From contig OY740821.1 in NCBI GenBank assembly GCA_963514005.1, positions 12,834,001 to 12,898,000 of the forward strand: a stretch of DNA of 64,000 bases, in the 5' to 3' direction. Both the position numbers and the translations under genes were made by a program. Source of the DNA: Raja brachyura. Taxonomy: Eukaryota. Below, one piece after another: positions 62,117-64,000 of the stretch (the stretch's first letter is position 1; each line of letters begins with the position of its first letter). Under the pieces are notes generated by a model that was not told the DNA's origin, did not search any database, and worked only from the letters and a program-made list of their open reading frames with translations.

Positions 62117-64000
62117 AATAGTAAGATTAAACAAGAACTTACCAGTTTGAAGTTTGATCTTTATTTTATGAGGAGTTGCGATGAGGGATTTCGTGAAGAC
62201 CCCGCCAGGCACGCATGCGCGACATTCTTCAAAGCAGCGGTGTGGAATCACAGATCACAAACCGAAGATAGTAAGATTAAAACTTGACCATACCAGTTGA
62301 ATATATAATAGAGGGTTGGGAGCGGAGGGCACGAAATCCCTCATCGCAACTCCTCATAAAATAAAGATCAAACTTCAAACTGGTAAGTTCTTGTTTAATC
62401 TTACTATTTTACTTCGGAGTCACGTGAGTGACTTCGTGAAGATTTCAAAGCTCTGTGATTACATGCCCTGGACCACGCCCATGCTCACACACTGCCGTAA
62501 TTCTGATGGAGGAAGTATGTTAACGTATTTCAGACTTGAACAAGCTGAAAAAATAATAACATTTGTTAATACAACAATAACCCCCTGAACTCGGGGACAA
62601 ACGTTTAGGGAACAGCACTTAAAACTGAATCCGCCAACGTTGCGGGAGCGGTTATAAATCAGTTATAAAACCGCTGAAGTGTAGATTCACTGGCCCAGCT
62701 CGCTATTGCGAGGCCAAAATCCATGAACACCGCCATAGTCCTTGCCACTGATGTGGATGCAGCCCTGATAGAATGACATTTAAAATATTAGTGTCTTACC
62801 TGCTGCACCGAATACCACCTCGTGTCATCTGGAGATAGTCTGCACAATCACCCTGTGACGTGGGTTACCATGGCTGAAACAGACCCGTCTCCATACATCT
62901 GATGCCCATTTGCAGACGTGTAGTCCCAGGTCTGTGTAGTGTAAGTAATTCTTCTGTAAAGAAGTTACCTTAGTATGGTCCGATCATTCTATCCAGGTTT
63001 AATTCCTGTAAAGTCATGACCTGTTGAGCTGTGTTCAGTGCCATTATCATAAGCACTTTGAAGGTGAGTAAGTCCATCATAGGCGACCAGCTCCTGAGGA
63101 GGGTCAACACTACCTCATCCCAGTCCAATCTAGCAATAGGACAACAATGCACTCCTGGCACTGTATACAGCACTGTAACTGAGGGACTCGTCATAATGAC
63201 GACCCATGAGTATTCCAGCACCTTGGAGAGTATAGCAGATATGTAGATGGTCTAGGTCCGACTACAGAAACCTCCCATATCCTTATGTAGGCGAGGTACT
63301 GCTTCCTACTGGACTCTCTCTGCACGATGCTGTTTGACATCCATGGTCCTTTATGTTGCAGAGCCTGGTTGCGTATCCTGCAGCACCTGTCTGATGAAGC
63401 AGAATGGGGAAAACATAGAAACCCCGCATTTCCCCCCAACGTAGCGAAAACGCGTCCATCGCCACTGCCCCAGGATCTAGTTCTCAAGACATATGTTAGT
63501 ATCCAATGGCTCAACCTGGACGCAAAGAGGTCGAAATCTGGTATTCCATATTAGGCTATAATTTTAGCAGATATTTGGAGGTTCAATCTACTTGATGTCG
63601 TTATTAATACTTGTGACCTGGTGTCCGCCACTATATTGAGCTTATCCAGAAGGTACATAGCTGAACTCAAATTTCTTTCAATCCACCAGAGCCAAATTAA
63701 TGTTTCCAATTCATCCCAAGATATTAACTTGACGCCACCCATAAGGTTTAATATGCCTCCTCAGTGGTATTATTTTGAAGACGAACATACGTATGCTGCA
63801 GATTAGTACATTAATGCGCAGCCCTGGACATGCTCCCAGCATTTCTAAACAGTTTATACCTTGTGATTGAAGAAAGTAGACTCATGCAATCCCATTTACC
63901 GCCCCACCTGGAATGGTGTCAGTAGTTCCCCAGCCCTCGGCGCTTGCGTCGGTTTGTAACGCGACTACTAGGTTTGATGTAATGATGGGATTTAACAATC
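62117..64000 (-). mobile_element. DIRS1-type tyrosine-recombinase retrotransposon (3' part, degenerate ORFs)
   Basis: Minus-strand remnants of RNase H (MGGVKLISWDELETLIWLWWIERN...LNIVADTRS, ~63600-63740), the methyltransferase-like domain (DLFASRL...DAFSLRWG...YVFP, ~63400-63540) and tyrosine recombinase (WDEVVLTLLRSWSP...LMIMALNTAQQ; HSIRAASTSVA...ASWASESTLQRFY, ~62665-63130). Terminal repeat / internal complementary region at 62117-62440. Confidence 0.88.

Noticed and set aside
1-64000. Prokaryotic-type systems (CRISPR arrays, operons, prophage)
   Set aside because: No repeat-spacer arrays or compact ORF clusters; the sequence is spliced vertebrate DNA.

Overview
Vertebrate genomic DNA. 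The repeat complement (HE1-like V-SINEs, CR1/HER1-like LINE tails, Deu-domain SINE relics) points to a cartilaginous fish, probably a skate or ray; this is an inference. Three intron-containing genes lie in tandem on the minus strand, reconstructed by hand from splice sites and reading-frame phase. (1) The 3' half of tensin-2 (TNS2): 11 exons from 62070 to the stop at 43260, covering the proline-rich region, SH2 and PTB. (2) A complete 8-exon, 289-aa FAPP-family PH-domain gene (PLEKHA3-like, 31410-19158) with mixed PLEKHA3/PLEKHA8 character, probably a separate ohnolog. (3) TARBP2 (ATG 12497; seven coding exons visible down to position 36; the last exon is off the window), with a GC-AG intron. 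Introns and UTRs are dense in mobile elements. Roughly 25-30 short Penelope-like (PLE) terminal-repeat fragments carry a minimal hammerhead-ribozyme core (CUGAnGA...GAAACGUC). Many are arranged as fold-back palindromes, one sits in sense orientation just after the TNS2 stop codon, and one can form a stem I. There is also a DIRS1-type tyrosine-recombinase retrotransposon with decayed ORFs but a perfect 79-bp terminal inverted repeat next to a TNS2 splice acceptor, a Harbinger-type MITE with a TTA target-site duplication nested in a CR1, and a long hairpin near the PLEKHA3-like first exon. Most supplied six-frame ORFs are spurious or are repeat fragments. Gene identities rest on my recollection of human orthologue sequences, not on a database search.
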